Shown here piece by piece: positions 37,214 to 51,700 of a stretch of DNA of 64,000 bases. This stretch comes from Lingula anatina (lineage: Eukaryota > Animalia > Brachiopoda). The notes beneath the pieces are model-generated. The model did not search any database and was not told where the DNA came from. It saw only the letters and a program-made list of their open reading frames with translations. The stretch's first letter is position 1, and every line of letters begins with the position of its first letter. The stretch spans positions 5,890,001 through 5,954,000 of the forward strand of contig CM120641.1 of assembly GCA_051362555.1 (NCBI GenBank), in the 5' to 3' direction. A program made the position numbers and the translations under genes.

Positions 37214-40200
37214 GGAGAGAGAGAGAGAGACTCCAGTTTTTTATTAGGACTTGAGAATTACACAGAAGAGAGACTCCAGTTTTTTTATTAGGACTTGGGA
37301 ATTACACAGATTAACAGCAGGTGTCTTTAAAGAATCAAGGACAAGTGTGTTATGCACATCTAAAAATTGATAAATATCTCTCTGACTTATTACCCTGTTG
37401 TTACAAATTAACTTCAAACCAGGAAGACATACCAAAATAGATACAAAGCCAATTTTGCTCTTGTCAAAAATTTTTAAAAAAACATTTGCAGTCAACCAGG
37501 AAGACATTTTCCAAAGCCATTTGTAAACAGTTCATTATCCTGATAAAAAGTGGCACTCAATGTATTTATCAGAAATCAGGAAGGGGGGGAGGGTTAGCCC
37601 TTGTCACAGTAAAAATGACGTCTGTCTTATGCACTACTAATGTTTTATTCTTTGTAAGAGAACCCAAACATCTGGAAATAATATGTGAAAAGAAATCAGG
37701 TCAACCCATTCACCCTATAAGGAATGTAGACAACAACTGAAATTGTGGGTCTTTTTAAGAATAGGTTGTCTGGGGTCTATAGAAATTCTGTTCACTCAAA
37801 AGCCCTTCCTTCTTCCTTTTTACAGTATTTATCAAAAGTTATTACTCACTTGACATTTTTGTATCTCTCTTTCTCATAACTGTTCTCTGGCGGTTCACAT
37901 TCAAAAGATGCTAATGACAGGGCTGTAAATAAAAAATCCAATAACGCACATAAAGATAATGATCAGAAATATCATTGCCATGATAAACTAACAGTGTTTG
38001 CACCAAGCTTATACACATCAAAACACTTGAAATTGTTTAAATTTTCTTTTCTTTTCTTTTCTTTTCAGTGCTCCTCTGTGGTTCTATACAGGCAATAAAT
38101 ATAATTATTCCTTATGTTACAGCCATCAGTATAAATCCTTCAATATTTCACTATTAGTTCTTGTTCAAAATACATTTACATTTTTTTTTGGTCATTAAAC
38201 CAAATCTTTTTTCAACCTGTTCTATTTCACTGGTATAAGCTATCTTTTTTAGTATTTTACTGACAAAATCTTGTAACACAAGTGTATCAACTCAAGTCTG
38301 TATTACAAAGCATGACACAAGTATAAGCTGCAACAACTGATGTGTCTTACTTAATTCTTCAATATTTGATCTGCTAGAATCAATATCAAGGCATTGGGTT
38401 ATATGAAAATACAGTATCCTTATTCTTTATAAAATGCAAAATAAATGAGCAACTGTAACAAGAAATGTGAACCAAAAGTTAACTTTAAAATGTTTGCGCA
38501 ACCCAAGGACATTTTAAAAGGCAGATAATTCAAAACACACAAATCATTCTTCTTGTCTCAGGAGTCAGTACTAAATGTTTTAATAATGCTCTTATTATAT
38601 CAAAAGTGGCTGGCAAGTGATGATGGTTGCTTAGAGAAGAAGTTAAATATTCAGTGACCCATGTGGAAAGTATACTTACAGTTTTCTGAGAAGACTGGAT
38701 TTGTCAGAACATAATTCAACACATGACTCTGTCTTTCAAAGGGGCACTGCAACAAGAAATCACACTGACTTGTGATCACTTTCAAAACCACTGACAATGA
38801 AAGCAAAAACGGATCCAGATGCTGAAGATATTTAAAGGGATAATAACTCTTCGTTTTGGCCAAAAAATGCATTTTCCTGGAGTAAACAACAATTTTCCCA
38901 TACTTACCAATGGTTAATGAATCCATTTTTACATTCAAAGTTAGTCCCTGGTTTTTTTCTATAAAGTATTGTTTTTTGTTAAAATCTCTTAAGAGATTAT
39001 AACAGAGTATAGCCATCAATGGCGGTCACGTGGTCTGACGACAAGCTCAAATATAAGAATAATAGCTATAACTGCCGTTGTTGTGGTAAAACAGAATATA
39101 TTATATTTCTATGAGTTATTCACTATGTTTTTATTGTGAAATATAGATCTCATACGAAGAGTTATTATCCCTTTAAATGAAAGCTCACATATGACTTCCT
39201 GTTAGGCGACAAGAGTAATGGCATGCATATCTGTGATTAGTAAATTAGAAAATTGTAAGTTTTTACAGGGGTTATTAACAACAGATATTCCAGCTATGGA
39301 CTTGAATTTGTCAAATGAGCACTGGAACACAAAATCACCCAATTAGAGATTTCTTTCGCCTTACACTGCTTTAAATCACATGTCTTCAAAAACTAGGCTG
39401 AGGTTATAAATGGATACAGCTAAAACAATAACATCATCCTTGTATCAATTCATGGTGCATGCATATTTTCTGCTCTGACAAATTATGAAATCAAACTTTA
39501 TTCAAATATACAAGACAAATGTATAGCAGTCACGGCATGAAGTTCACAGACAGCATCAAATCCCTTTGGCAACATGCAATATTGATAAGGAGAATCTAAC
39601 ATGATAATTTTAAACTACGAAACAAGTGGCCTAATCTGATGTTTCCAAGGAGATATCCAAACAGGGTATAAAGCATCAGCACAAAACAGAACTTTTTATG
39701 ACTGATAATACCTATACTTATATACGTCTGGATTACGTTATATTAACATTCAGATAAAGATTATATATATAGGCACCTAACTTGTTTTTCAATTTCATCT
39801 TTTTTAATGAAAAGAAAATCTACACAAACACACACAAAAATAACATTACGAATTACAAAAATGAAATGGGGAAAAACTATATGCACACAATCCCAAGGCA
39901 GCTGCGACTTTCGGTGAACTTATCTTTTGTCAACCAGTGTCATTTATGATCATTTAACGGCTGCAGTGCATATATTGTCTGAGTTGCATATGGCTATAAA
40001 ATGATAGGACCAGAGGAACTAGTATAACACACCTGGCCAGGACTACCACGCATTACAATAACTGTTAAAAAGTTCAGAAGGTGACAGACAGACTTGATAG
40101 CCATAGATAAAGCAGTTTGTGCAATTTGAGCTATTAATATGATCAAAATTTAAATAATAGATAAACTTGATTAAGGGCAAATTATCAATCAATACATATA

Positions 40201-42742
40201 TTTTTACTTTTTATACCATTTAACTTCAAAGATGGAAGAGCAATAAAAATCAGTTTTTGCACTCTGAACTATTACTATGTCCACACTTGACTTGATACAT
40301 TCAAATAAGATATTCATTTACCTCAACTTGCTTCCACGTAATAAACTCGGTTATCTGTTTGGCCAGCTGCCAGAATTTCTGTAAATAAAAAAAAAAAAAC
40401 AAACAAACAAAGGTTAAATGAGGTGTCTACTAATGAAGGTCTTTCTGTCCTTTACACAGAAACATATCACATACATCTTGCAATTATGGGCCTAGATATT
40501 TCCTTGCTTCATAATAACCCATGTGAAATATAGTATCATTGAGCATTATTTAAGTCGTAATAATAGGTCTAGATATTTCCTGGCTTGACAACAACCCATA
40601 TTAGATATAGTATCATTTAGCATAATTTTAGTCCAACTTAATCCACATACTGAACACCTTATTCATTATAAACTGAAATGATGTATATGAACAGTCATAT
40701 CTAAAAACAAAATTCTAATTTCCGAAATGGTGTGAAGCATGTTAGCAACAAACAAGAAGCTTCCTTTCAGTAAATATGGGAAACCATATATATATATATA
40801 TATATATTTTTTTTTTTTGGTATAACTAAAGCAAGAACAAAACCCACTTTGCACCAAACCACATTTAAAGGTTTTACCATGAAAAACACCCTTTACCTCA
40901 AGGCTACAGCTTCTAGCTATCATCAAAAATTTGGCTACACTGTAGCACATCAACACTGTTCTAAATAATGCAACTTTTACAATACATGCCACCATGAGAA
41001 TTAACACTGCACTATATACATCATAGCAGCCTATGTTTATTTTTGAATTATCAGATGTGATTAACTGATGCAGAATAAAATTGGATCCTTTTAAATGTTT
41101 TTTTTTCTGGTTGAGGTTATCTATATGAGCAATATGAGTCAAATATAAGTCAACTTTGAGAGCCAGACATTACAATTATAACAGATGAACAAGCTCAAGC
41201 TCTGACTCCATTGTGATCACTGCCAAGATAGCTCTGGCTGATGAATCATTTTACTAAAAAGAGTCATTAGATTCCAATAGAAACTTATTGAAAAAATAAT
41301 TAATATTTCAATAGGCGTGAATCTGACAAAATATTCAAAACTGTACTTCCGAGTTATTGAATTTCAATAAAGTTACTTAGCAATTCTGGGGCCAGTTTTG
41401 TAAAGCCATCATGTCCTTACAGTAGAAAGTTACAGTAGAAACTCATTGACTTAGTTATTATCTTTACATTGTTTCCTAAAAACAGAGATTTGGATGGTAA
41501 CCTCTGTAAGAAGAAAATCTTAGCTAACAATGGTGTCATGATTAACATTTGAAAGCAAGAAAAGGTAAAAAGTCCAATTAAGGACTTAGACACATTAAAT
41601 GAATAGTTAACCTCCAAAACGCGGACTTATTTTTTTTCTATTGCTCAAGAATATGCTTGATAATGGGTTCTGGGAATATGTGGGTATGTACTTTGAACTA
41701 ACAGGTTCTGATACATTAACTAACATTAATTATTAATATGATGTGTTTGCATTTCATGGTTTTTGCAGTTCTAAGTCAATAAACAAATTTGTGCTTGAGT
41801 TTCTTACTATATGCTCATGTCTTCTTTAATATAGCAGGTTTACAATTACAATTCATGCAACTGAAATCTCATTATTTATTGTTAATATCATGCATAATTT
41901 TCAGTCTTTGTCAATAAGTTCTACTTTGACAAATAAGATTAGAATGTCAAGAAAAGAGGAAAACGTGTCCTCTTGTAACCTCATATCTCTGTTTCATTTT
42001 TGTAGCAGTTCATAGAAAATCCGATATTTTTTTCTCCAGATAAAAGGAAATCCTCTATAAGAGTGGAAATTCCTATCACTGTGTATTTTAGGTAAGAAAG
42101 CAGTCATAATGACAGAGCAATATGTAAGAAAATTATTCCTAACTGCTCTCTTTCATATCTGCTCAAATACTTTCAATCTATTAAACATAATGTAGTTCAC
42201 TCTCATTCCTTTCCACCTTGCAGCTATGATGGATAGGGCTGATTATGTTTGCTTGAGTATCTAAAACTAAGAGGGTAAACTCTGGTACAGTGGTTTACAA
42301 TTAAAATCTTTCTTTAAAGAAAGACTTTATGTCATCAATTTGTCATGATCCAGCTTGGAAGTCAGCCACTGTTATCACATCTGAGGTGCTGCAAGAGTGA
42401 TCAGGACTACAGAGAAATTGGGGGAAAAAAGCTCACAAAATCTGTCAGAACCTTGAGCCAGTGTTTATATGGTTTAATTTCATGAAAATTGATTTTTCCT
42501 GGACAGATGAATCACACCTAACAACAGAGAGGCAAAGTTCTGAAACCAAGCACTTCTGCAAAATGTATATAACCTAATTTGCAATGCACTTATGTTGTCA
42601 CGCAAGTCTCTAAAGGACATCACAGTTTTAGTCATCCCTTTACTTTAAATATATTTTAAAGATTATAATTTGGCTGTGTATACAAATAAAATCCATCATT
42701 TCTTTGTGCATTTTATTACGTTATATTCAGGCTCCTCATAGA

Positions 42743-42780
<38 letters not shown>

Positions 42781-45700
42781 ATGCGTGCACACACATGCAT
42801 TTTTTTATGTGCATGCATGCACACACAGTAAAAATAAGTCAAGGTCTAAATCAAACTATGACTGTACTGTATAACAGGAACCTTTATCATCTGTTTATCT
42901 AGCAAATGAAACCTACCTCGAAGTTGATATGACCATTTGGTAATCTGAAAAATAGATAAATAATGAATCAGTATACAGTTGAGTTACATGTGATACTACA
43001 TTCAAATAAAACCATCACGGACTTTGCAGATATCCAGGCTTTAAAGACATTAGTAATCTAGACTGATGTTTATAAAAGCTTTGCAGTTAAAATTAGTCAT
43101 GGAAGAAACGCATGAAAAATCAATAGTTGATGCAGACTAGACATTACTGAGTAGACAGATAAAACGGCCTCGGCAAGATAATATGCCATCTTCACGCAGC
43201 AGACTGTAGACCTTTCAAATCCAAATATGAGTTTGAATTTTTCTATTCTGGATTTGAACAGGCCCCGTTTGATACTAAAAATACATATTACACTAAACAA
43301 GTGGGTCAGCCCCTAAACAACAAAGTGAGATCCACTGTAAAATATGGACAGTTAGGAATATTTTAATGTTTGAATGCCTCTCTAAAAATCAACTATGGCA
43401 AAAGGGCAGTGACATAAAAGATGAAAAATATAAAGCTGTTTTCCCAGTACAACATACCTGTTGGCACATCCTTCATTTAGAAAATAAATGTCTTTCACAA
43501 GAAGACTGAAGAATGGAATGACTATCTGTAACAGAATATAAAGACCATTAAGTATAATTAATAAATTTCATTTACATAACACAATATATTTAAGAAGATT
43601 TATAGGGCCAGGTGGTAGATTAATACAAAAATAAGTACAATACACATCAATGAAAATGAATTCTTTGGTACCTGAAACAGATTGCATATTCAAAAATTTT
43701 ATATGATATCCTTGTAAAAATTGTAACCACAGGGGGCAGCACCTTACAGTGTCTTTTTGAGATCTCTTTATTCATATTATCATAGAACAATTTATACACA
43801 TTTTTTTCTTTTTGAATCTATGTACTTTTAAGCAGTCCAAGCATCTTTTTACCTTTTCTGTATCATACCCTCCTTAAGTTAACAAACATATACAGTCCTG
43901 CTTATCTTATCTAAGTGGTGGTTGGCTGATAAATATTATAAATATTCCACTTTTGATATATCTCAACAACACTCGAGCTGTGCAAAACTGGTACCATATC
44001 AAAGGTAGTAAAATGTTTATTTGTGCCAGCTAAGAGGCCAATTTAGGTTACAATCGCAGATAAAGATCAATAAATGTCATGCAATACATACTTATTATAA
44101 CCATTTAGATTGTCCTATCATGTATTAGAAGTTATACATCCTGAATCACTGTAAGGGGTTTTCATTTTGTTATTCACCAGCCATACTGCGTGAGCGTTGG
44201 TCAAGAGTTTTAGAGCTCCTGACAATAATTAGGATTTCCAAGTTGACGATCAGGGCTCCGTAACTCGAAAGCATCACAAATTGCGACCAAGCACAAGAGT
44301 CTCTATTCCATAACTCGGGATTTACTCGCCCCATTTAATAGCCTTGAAATGAAAGGTGATATTGCTATCACAATTTGCGATGTTTTCGAGTTTTGAGTTA
44401 AAAACTGTAAAATCCTGTTTGAATTTGGCAAAAATAAAAGCAGTTTGAACTGGTCAAAAATTCATCAACCTCATTGGTTTCTATAAATGAGTCTTGTACT
44501 ACTTAAGAAGGAGGAGATAAAAATAGCTAGTACAAAGCAAACCTGAAACTTACTAGTCATACATAAAGGGAACAACCCTATGACTACTAGAAAATTTACT
44601 TTCACTATCATGTTCTTGTACAATTAGACCTATGCTAACATAAAATATATTTGTTAAACCTTGAAGATAACCACACTTGGTTTGAGGAAGTAAAATTAAA
44701 AATTTTGCCTAATCATAAATGTTTCGAATCAATGGTTTGATTTGGCTAAAACATATCAGGATATCAGCTATTTGGCTACAATAAGATGTATAAAAGTGAG
44801 CCACCCTATTCAAGAAGTTTTTGTAGACCCACCTTTTCTCTCTCTTCCACAGCCCCCTCGCACCTCCATAAGGCTGCCTTCAGCGTAGACCTGTAACTAC
44901 TGAAGTTGTTTGATGGATCCATTTGGTGCTGGAAAATAAATATCAACCTGTTTGATACAGTTTTTATAAACTATGATACAACATTAAATTATACCACCTT
45001 TAATATTGACAGAGCAGAACAACAGTTTTCAAAACATTTTTTTGGGTCGAGTGGTGATTCATTTTAAGGGGCAAAAAATGCTAGTCTTACATCCTATTAT
45101 AGATAATTCTGTATGTTTCATGTACTATACAGCACTGAAACCTGACAACGTTATGGTGCTTATGCATACATATCCATATAAACCAGATGTTCAAACAGCA
45201 GTTATGTGCGGGTTGATTACATATAGAAACTAAATGAATAATTTACTTTAAGACAAAAGTGGTATGGTTACATTTTCACCTCATTTTACATCCGCAAGAG
45301 CAATTTTTTTTTCTTTTTATGTGGAAAATCGATCAAAATATTTATGTAAACATGAGCCAACCCCACATGCCATTCTTCAGACTAATTGTGGTAGTCTTAC
45401 CTCAAGTATTTCAAACTTCTGTGTGTTGACTTTAGACCACTGTGAAAAAAAGAAACATGTTGCATATAAATGCAATAATTTTTTTTAGAAAAAAAAGGAA
45501 ATGCTTAATATTTTGACCCTAGCAAGGTTCTTTGCTCATGTAATAGTAGTTTTAATATTGTTAACATACTTCAAATAAACAAATTAAAAATGTCCAGCCA
45601 GCCAGCTGATTTCATTAAAGAACGCCATACATCACTTCATGAAAATAAATCAGGTTCTTAATATAAAAAAGAATTATGATCAAAATAAGATTGCAAATGA

Positions 45701-48700
45701 AACAAAGCAATTTAAAAGTTATTAAGTTTGCTATCAAAAGTCAACTTACTGTTTTCTTTAATCTGGCAACTGGACTCATATTCATACCCGCTATAAAAAT
45801 ATGAAATTATCTATTTATTGCATGATTTAACAGAACAATTAGTTGAATGTGATATAGATTATTTTTCCTCCTTTCATCATTTACTCTAGAACAATAGCAT
45901 AAACATGCACAACTTGCAAAAGCTCTGAAACTAAATATTTTAACTGGTGTTTGGTAACTTCTTTCATTAACATTAAATCCAGTATGTATAAAAAACTTTT
46001 AATAGTCAATGTTTGAAACAAAATATAAGAAATGAGATAATAATTTCAGTGGTCATATCTTACCAATGATAGCCATTAGAGAATTGAAGTTCCCAATGTT
46101 GAAGCACTCCTTAGCAACATCAACAAAGTATTCTATTGTGCGTACTCTGTGCTTCTTTTTTAAATGCTGCAAACACAGAAAGTGTGATGTGAGCATCAAT
46201 GTAAAATTTATTAATTTTGTTACATAACCTTTTTGTCATAAAGTTTTATAATTTTCAATTTTTTTTGTCCATATTTTACCTTATAACACTGAACTTTGCA
46301 AATGGTGTATAAAACAGAAGTGTGGGCAACAAAATCTCATCAGACAAATTTCTTACCATGCAAATTTCTGTGGCCACTAAGTAGCTTAATCTGTTAAACC
46401 ACTGCACATATGCTTCTAAATTGCTGGTTTTCTTCATGTCATCGTATGAGGTCTGAAATAAAGTTTGACCATCTTTTAAAAGTGAGTTTTATGCATGTCA
46501 TATAGTTCATAAATTTGCAAGTTTAAGGATTTTTCAGAATAACAAAATTCCATGCACCATTCTTTTTTTTTTTTTTTTGTAATGAACAATCATTAAAAAT
46601 ATTTGATGACAATATCACTCTTCAGGTACTCTCTCTCCTTAATTTTTCAAATATTTAATTATTTATTTGGAAAGGGGCAAATATTTACATAAAACACATT
46701 TTTAATTCACCCAACTTTTTATTGGTTGAAATATGTTTACTCTACCTGTAATTCATTTTCCTTGGCAAATGCCTGTACAAATTCTTCAGGCCCTATGTTT
46801 GTGAGCCTTTCCTAAAATTTAATTAAAGCACATATATAACTATGAAGCAAATTTTACAGAAACCATTAAATAAACTATTGAAACAACTACCACATTTTCA
46901 GATAGATTATGCATTTTATGTTCACTGATGTAACAAATCTGCTTTGATATTTGGTATTAAACAACAAAGAAAATTGACATTTAACTTGCTAAATCACAAA
47001 AAAGGATAACAAAATAATTATATCTTAGCACTGTGTGCAAGAAAAAGTGGTTATGTAACTACACTGCACTTACCAGCTCTATGTGTGTAAGTTGCTGAGC
47101 CAAATCTAGTGGACTTGGGCACATTTGGACGATATCAGTCTAAAGTAGAATAGAAAAATATGTAAATATTAAAATATATAAAATGTCCATTCTGCCACAC
47201 ATAAATAATTGACTTAGGAAATAAACACAATTATTTGATAATAAATAATACACTAAATCAAATATAAAAAGTAAAACATTTTGTGAAACAAGCAAAGTCC
47301 TTATAGCATTCCTGCTGACATGTTTTTTATATCTGAACTTAACCCACTACAATAAAGACAGGCCAAGAAAAACCCATCAATACTAATCATTAAAAAAATA
47401 CAACAATTAATTAGTATCTGGTGCCAATGTCCTATAGAACAAAAAGAAACAACTGTTAGCAAATCAATACCTCAAAATACACCCCAGGCCTATAAAACTG
47501 TGTTTGCAGTACGTAAGTAAACACTGCTGGTGCCTTGTTGGCATTAGCAATAAAACATGGAAAACATTTTGGAAAGCTAATCAATGATGTGTTAATAACA
47601 CAGGGACCTCCCATGCTAATAGGGGTTACCACGTAATTCTAGAAGCAAAGTAAATGAATCTCTTACCGTTGGCACAATGTGTTTTAGTCTCTGAGTGGCC
47701 TCTGCATTGATCTTTTGAAGTGCTTCTTCATATTTCTGTAAACTAGACAACTAGAAGAAAAGGAAACAATTCTTAAGCCTTCATCTTATATACTTATGGT
47801 CAGAACAAATGAGATTTTTAAAACCATTGCCAAAGTTTAAATACATTTTTTTAGATTTCAAACATGATCATCATTAAAAAGCAACATGGTATTTAAAATA
47901 GTATGTTATCAACCTTTTCAAGGCATGAGAAAGTGCAACTTTACCAGCCAACTTCCTCTACTCTTAAAAAAAACAAGTTGTCTAACAATGAATGAGTCTT
48001 TTAAAAAATCTGCAACCTCTTTAATAATGAAACTTCAGCATTAAACTCACCTTTGTTATTAGGTCATGCATGATCATGCCAACTTCTTTCCTTAACTCAG
48101 GATATATCGTCACTATCTTCTGTGTGATTTCCTTCAACTGTTTCATCATACGCTCATCCCTGAAGTCATATGGAAGCATTTCTGTCCACTCTCTGAAAAC
48201 AAATTGAGAGGCATGAAGTTAGCACATCTGAAGGGATAGAATCTGGGCCTTTTTTCTAAATTGCATTTGTACTGCTTCTTTACTTAAAGTAATCTTCACC
48301 TTTTTCCAGAGGGAAGGTTTTGGAACTCTAACTGCTGATGCCAATGATAGCAGATCTGGTATAACAAAATTTACTGCTTCTTAACATGGTATAACTGTAA
48401 CAAATACATGTATAAACTGAGACCTGCATAACATATTTTGCCTGCATCTTGTACTTAAAGGGTCCATTAAAAGAAACTTCAATTAATGAAGAGTTTCACC
48501 TGATGACTCCCAATGCCAGCTAATAGTAACTTCATGAACATTGCCCCCTGTTTAGTATATTTTTCAGAAATAATGTGATCCAAATATATACAAAATGACA
48601 GTTATACCCACATTCAGACTTATAAATGATGAAAAATATTTTTGAAAAAGAGGGTGGGATGATCAAATTTGGCCAGAAACCTTTTAAGATGATCATTAAC

Positions 48701-51700
48701 ACTTCCACAATTTTCAAATTACGCACTGTTGCACGACTGTTTCAATCCATACCAAAAGTGAAAGGGGAGATCAATCTCTCTCATTAAATATAGATAAATC
48801 CTACTATCAAGATAACAAAATCAATACAATACCAGTTTATCATTTTGTACTGTTTTTGTTGTCAGTGCTTAACAACGTAAAGATTCCTAATCTGATCAAT
48901 GCTGTTAGGCTAACTCCTGCAAAGATGGCATAAATCATTGCAAAATACACATTTGTCACTAATAAACAAAACTTACCCTAATAACTGAATGATATTTGGA
49001 CCAAATTTCCCTAATTTTTCCTGAAAAAAAAAAGATGAAATCTGATGACTACTTTCCAGAGACAGAATCTATTCATTAAGTCAAGAAATCAAAACCACCC
49101 ACATTCAATGATTTTTAGTTTGTGTTCACATCCTTTTTTTAACTGTACAGAAATGGTACCTTATACTTTCAGGCATCAATTTTTGTTCTCAAATTTATTT
49201 CTATCTAAATTGTTTCCTGTAACTTTTTAAAGGACTAAACATTATTTACTTGAGGTAACAATAGGAATATGAGACATAGCCTTCAGCTACTTGCTCCTCC
49301 TTTCAAAAAACTCTGTGACCCATTAAAAGGAGTGTTTATTTACAATGACCATTGTTCTGTGAATTGTTAACACCCCTGACAGTTTACCTTGTTGACCTTT
49401 TCTCCATCTTCTAAGTGCTGTTGTGACTTGCAAAGCTGGAATATAGTTAATGACAAATAAAATTATTTTAAAAGTTGGCATGGACATTTTTGCTCCTAAC
49501 AACATGGCCTTACCCAAATAACAATGTTTTAACACATCTTAAGAGATGTATAACTTTCATGGAATAATAAATAGTAAGCATCAACAGCTAAACACACATC
49601 ACCTAAATGAGAGAAATAAAATTAACTGAGGTAAAAGAAAACATTGCTCATGCATGCCATACCACACACACAAAACTGCAATAAGAACTTGCAGAAAGAA
49701 AGAGTAGATCCTCTGAGAAAAAAAACAAAAAATAATTTCCTATGGGGTAAATGGCAAGACTGTAATTCAAAATCCATAAGCATATACATTCCAGTTAATA
49801 GACTGAGGGTTAATGGACCTACCCTATCATTTTGACATGATACTAGGATCTCACAAAACATCAGTCTGACACATCGATCAAAAAGTGTATTCTCACCTTG
49901 CAGACTTCTTTTAGCAACTCATGAGGCCTTGCATACAACCGAGAACTCAAAAGGAATGCAAAAGTGTATGTCCTCTGAAAATTTCAAAAACAATCATTTC
50001 AAAAAGGCTTTTTAATTTAAAAAAAGAAGACAATGTATAAGGCATAAAGCCTGCTTCACTAATGCAGACAAGTAAAGTTTTGCATTAAACATGATTGCAA
50101 TTATCCTTATTTATTAAATAAGACTGTGGGGAACTGAACTTGTCATCAATGAGTGGTTTAGTTATTTCAGATGATTAGAAAGAAAAGAGCTATCATTTTA
50201 TGTGGAGTCCTACTTGCTATTACGATAAACTATCAATCTCACTTAAATAATCACACAATACAATTTTTCATATGAAAAAAAAAATACATTTGGATGACTC
50301 ATGTGCAAAAACAATATCATTGGCCATGACTACAAAAAGAGATTTTCCAAGCAAATCTTAGAAGAAATCATCTGTAATTTAATAAAAGTGCATTACTCAC
50401 ATCTGGATAGTATTCTGCTGTGGGTACAAGATGGCGAATCAAGGCGTCAAGCGATCCTGCCAGGAGGTTCCCGTCTTGGAAGATCAGTGCCTGATTAGCA
50501 AAAATAAACACCCAATTAGCATCATCAGAGACACAAGTTTATCAATTAACTGAGTCAACCTAGTTTTTATTGAAATCAGATGTGGCTGCTGCTCCCGTGT
50601 AAGCCAGAAACAACCCGCCACCTCTGGAGTTTTCAAACAGTTCCACGCCTGTACCTTTATAATTAGAAAATTGTCTAAAAGATGTTGAGGCCAAATGTGA
50701 GTACTTGGCCCTGCATTCACTTAAAAACAATTCGTTTCACTGGTGTTTCCTATATTTGAATCCTCTTCTCTCTCGGCAGGTTAGGATTTTGATTCAGTCC
50801 AATTTTCACTATGACAAAATTATAGGATGTAGCATTGATTACATAGTTCAGGAGATATTCTTGGAATTTATATCATAAAATAAACACAAACAAACACACA
50901 ATTAATGATACCAATAACACAGTACGTCGCACACAAAAAAATATAACCAAAATTTAATAATGCATGGACTGAATAACAACAGCTGAAATAAATAGAATAA
51001 CGACAAACAATACCTTTTCGAGCCACATCTGGGACTGACCATTGCACAAGTCCGTAATCAGCATGACAGGTAATTGAAATGAAACTAGGAACACAACAAC
51101 AACAGCAGCACACCACAAAAACTAGCTGCCCACTGACAGCAACTGATCCAAAAAATTCACAAACAACCTTGCGATGAAAAACAGGATTCTGTCTGAAAGC
51201 ACTTACAGTTGAAGCTACATACGGCCAGCTTGTTGGCTTCCGCAACTGAAACCATGAGAAATACGGAAACCAGTGAACCCACACATGCTCAGGAAACAGG
51301 CTAAAAACAGGGTCATGAAAACTGTGGTAAATAATACTACTAATAATATCATGCCTTAAAACTCCTACGTTTCTAGAATACCACAACATCCATACAAAGA
51401 CATTACTCTCTTATGAATAACTGGAAATCAAAATAGTGGACATATGTCATCTTAAAATTTTCTGGACTTTTTATAACACTCTGACATTTTTTTTCATTTT
51501 GTTTAGATGCAGAGGAAGTCATCTGGAGGAGCAGCATAAATAACCATTCAATTTTTAATGTTTTGGTTTTGAAATGTGAAACCTGTTTTTTGCAAAACAG
51601 CCATTAGTGGCTTCTTTTTCTTAGTACTCCTCTTTAAAACTGAACTGAGTATACATTCTATTTTTGCAACCAGGATCTGTTCAGGCTCCATTTCAATCAT

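Noticed and set aside
49160-49218. AG...GT-bounded segment considered as a RasGEF1 exon
   Set aside because: It contains in-frame stops; 49435-49388 fits the family alignment instead.
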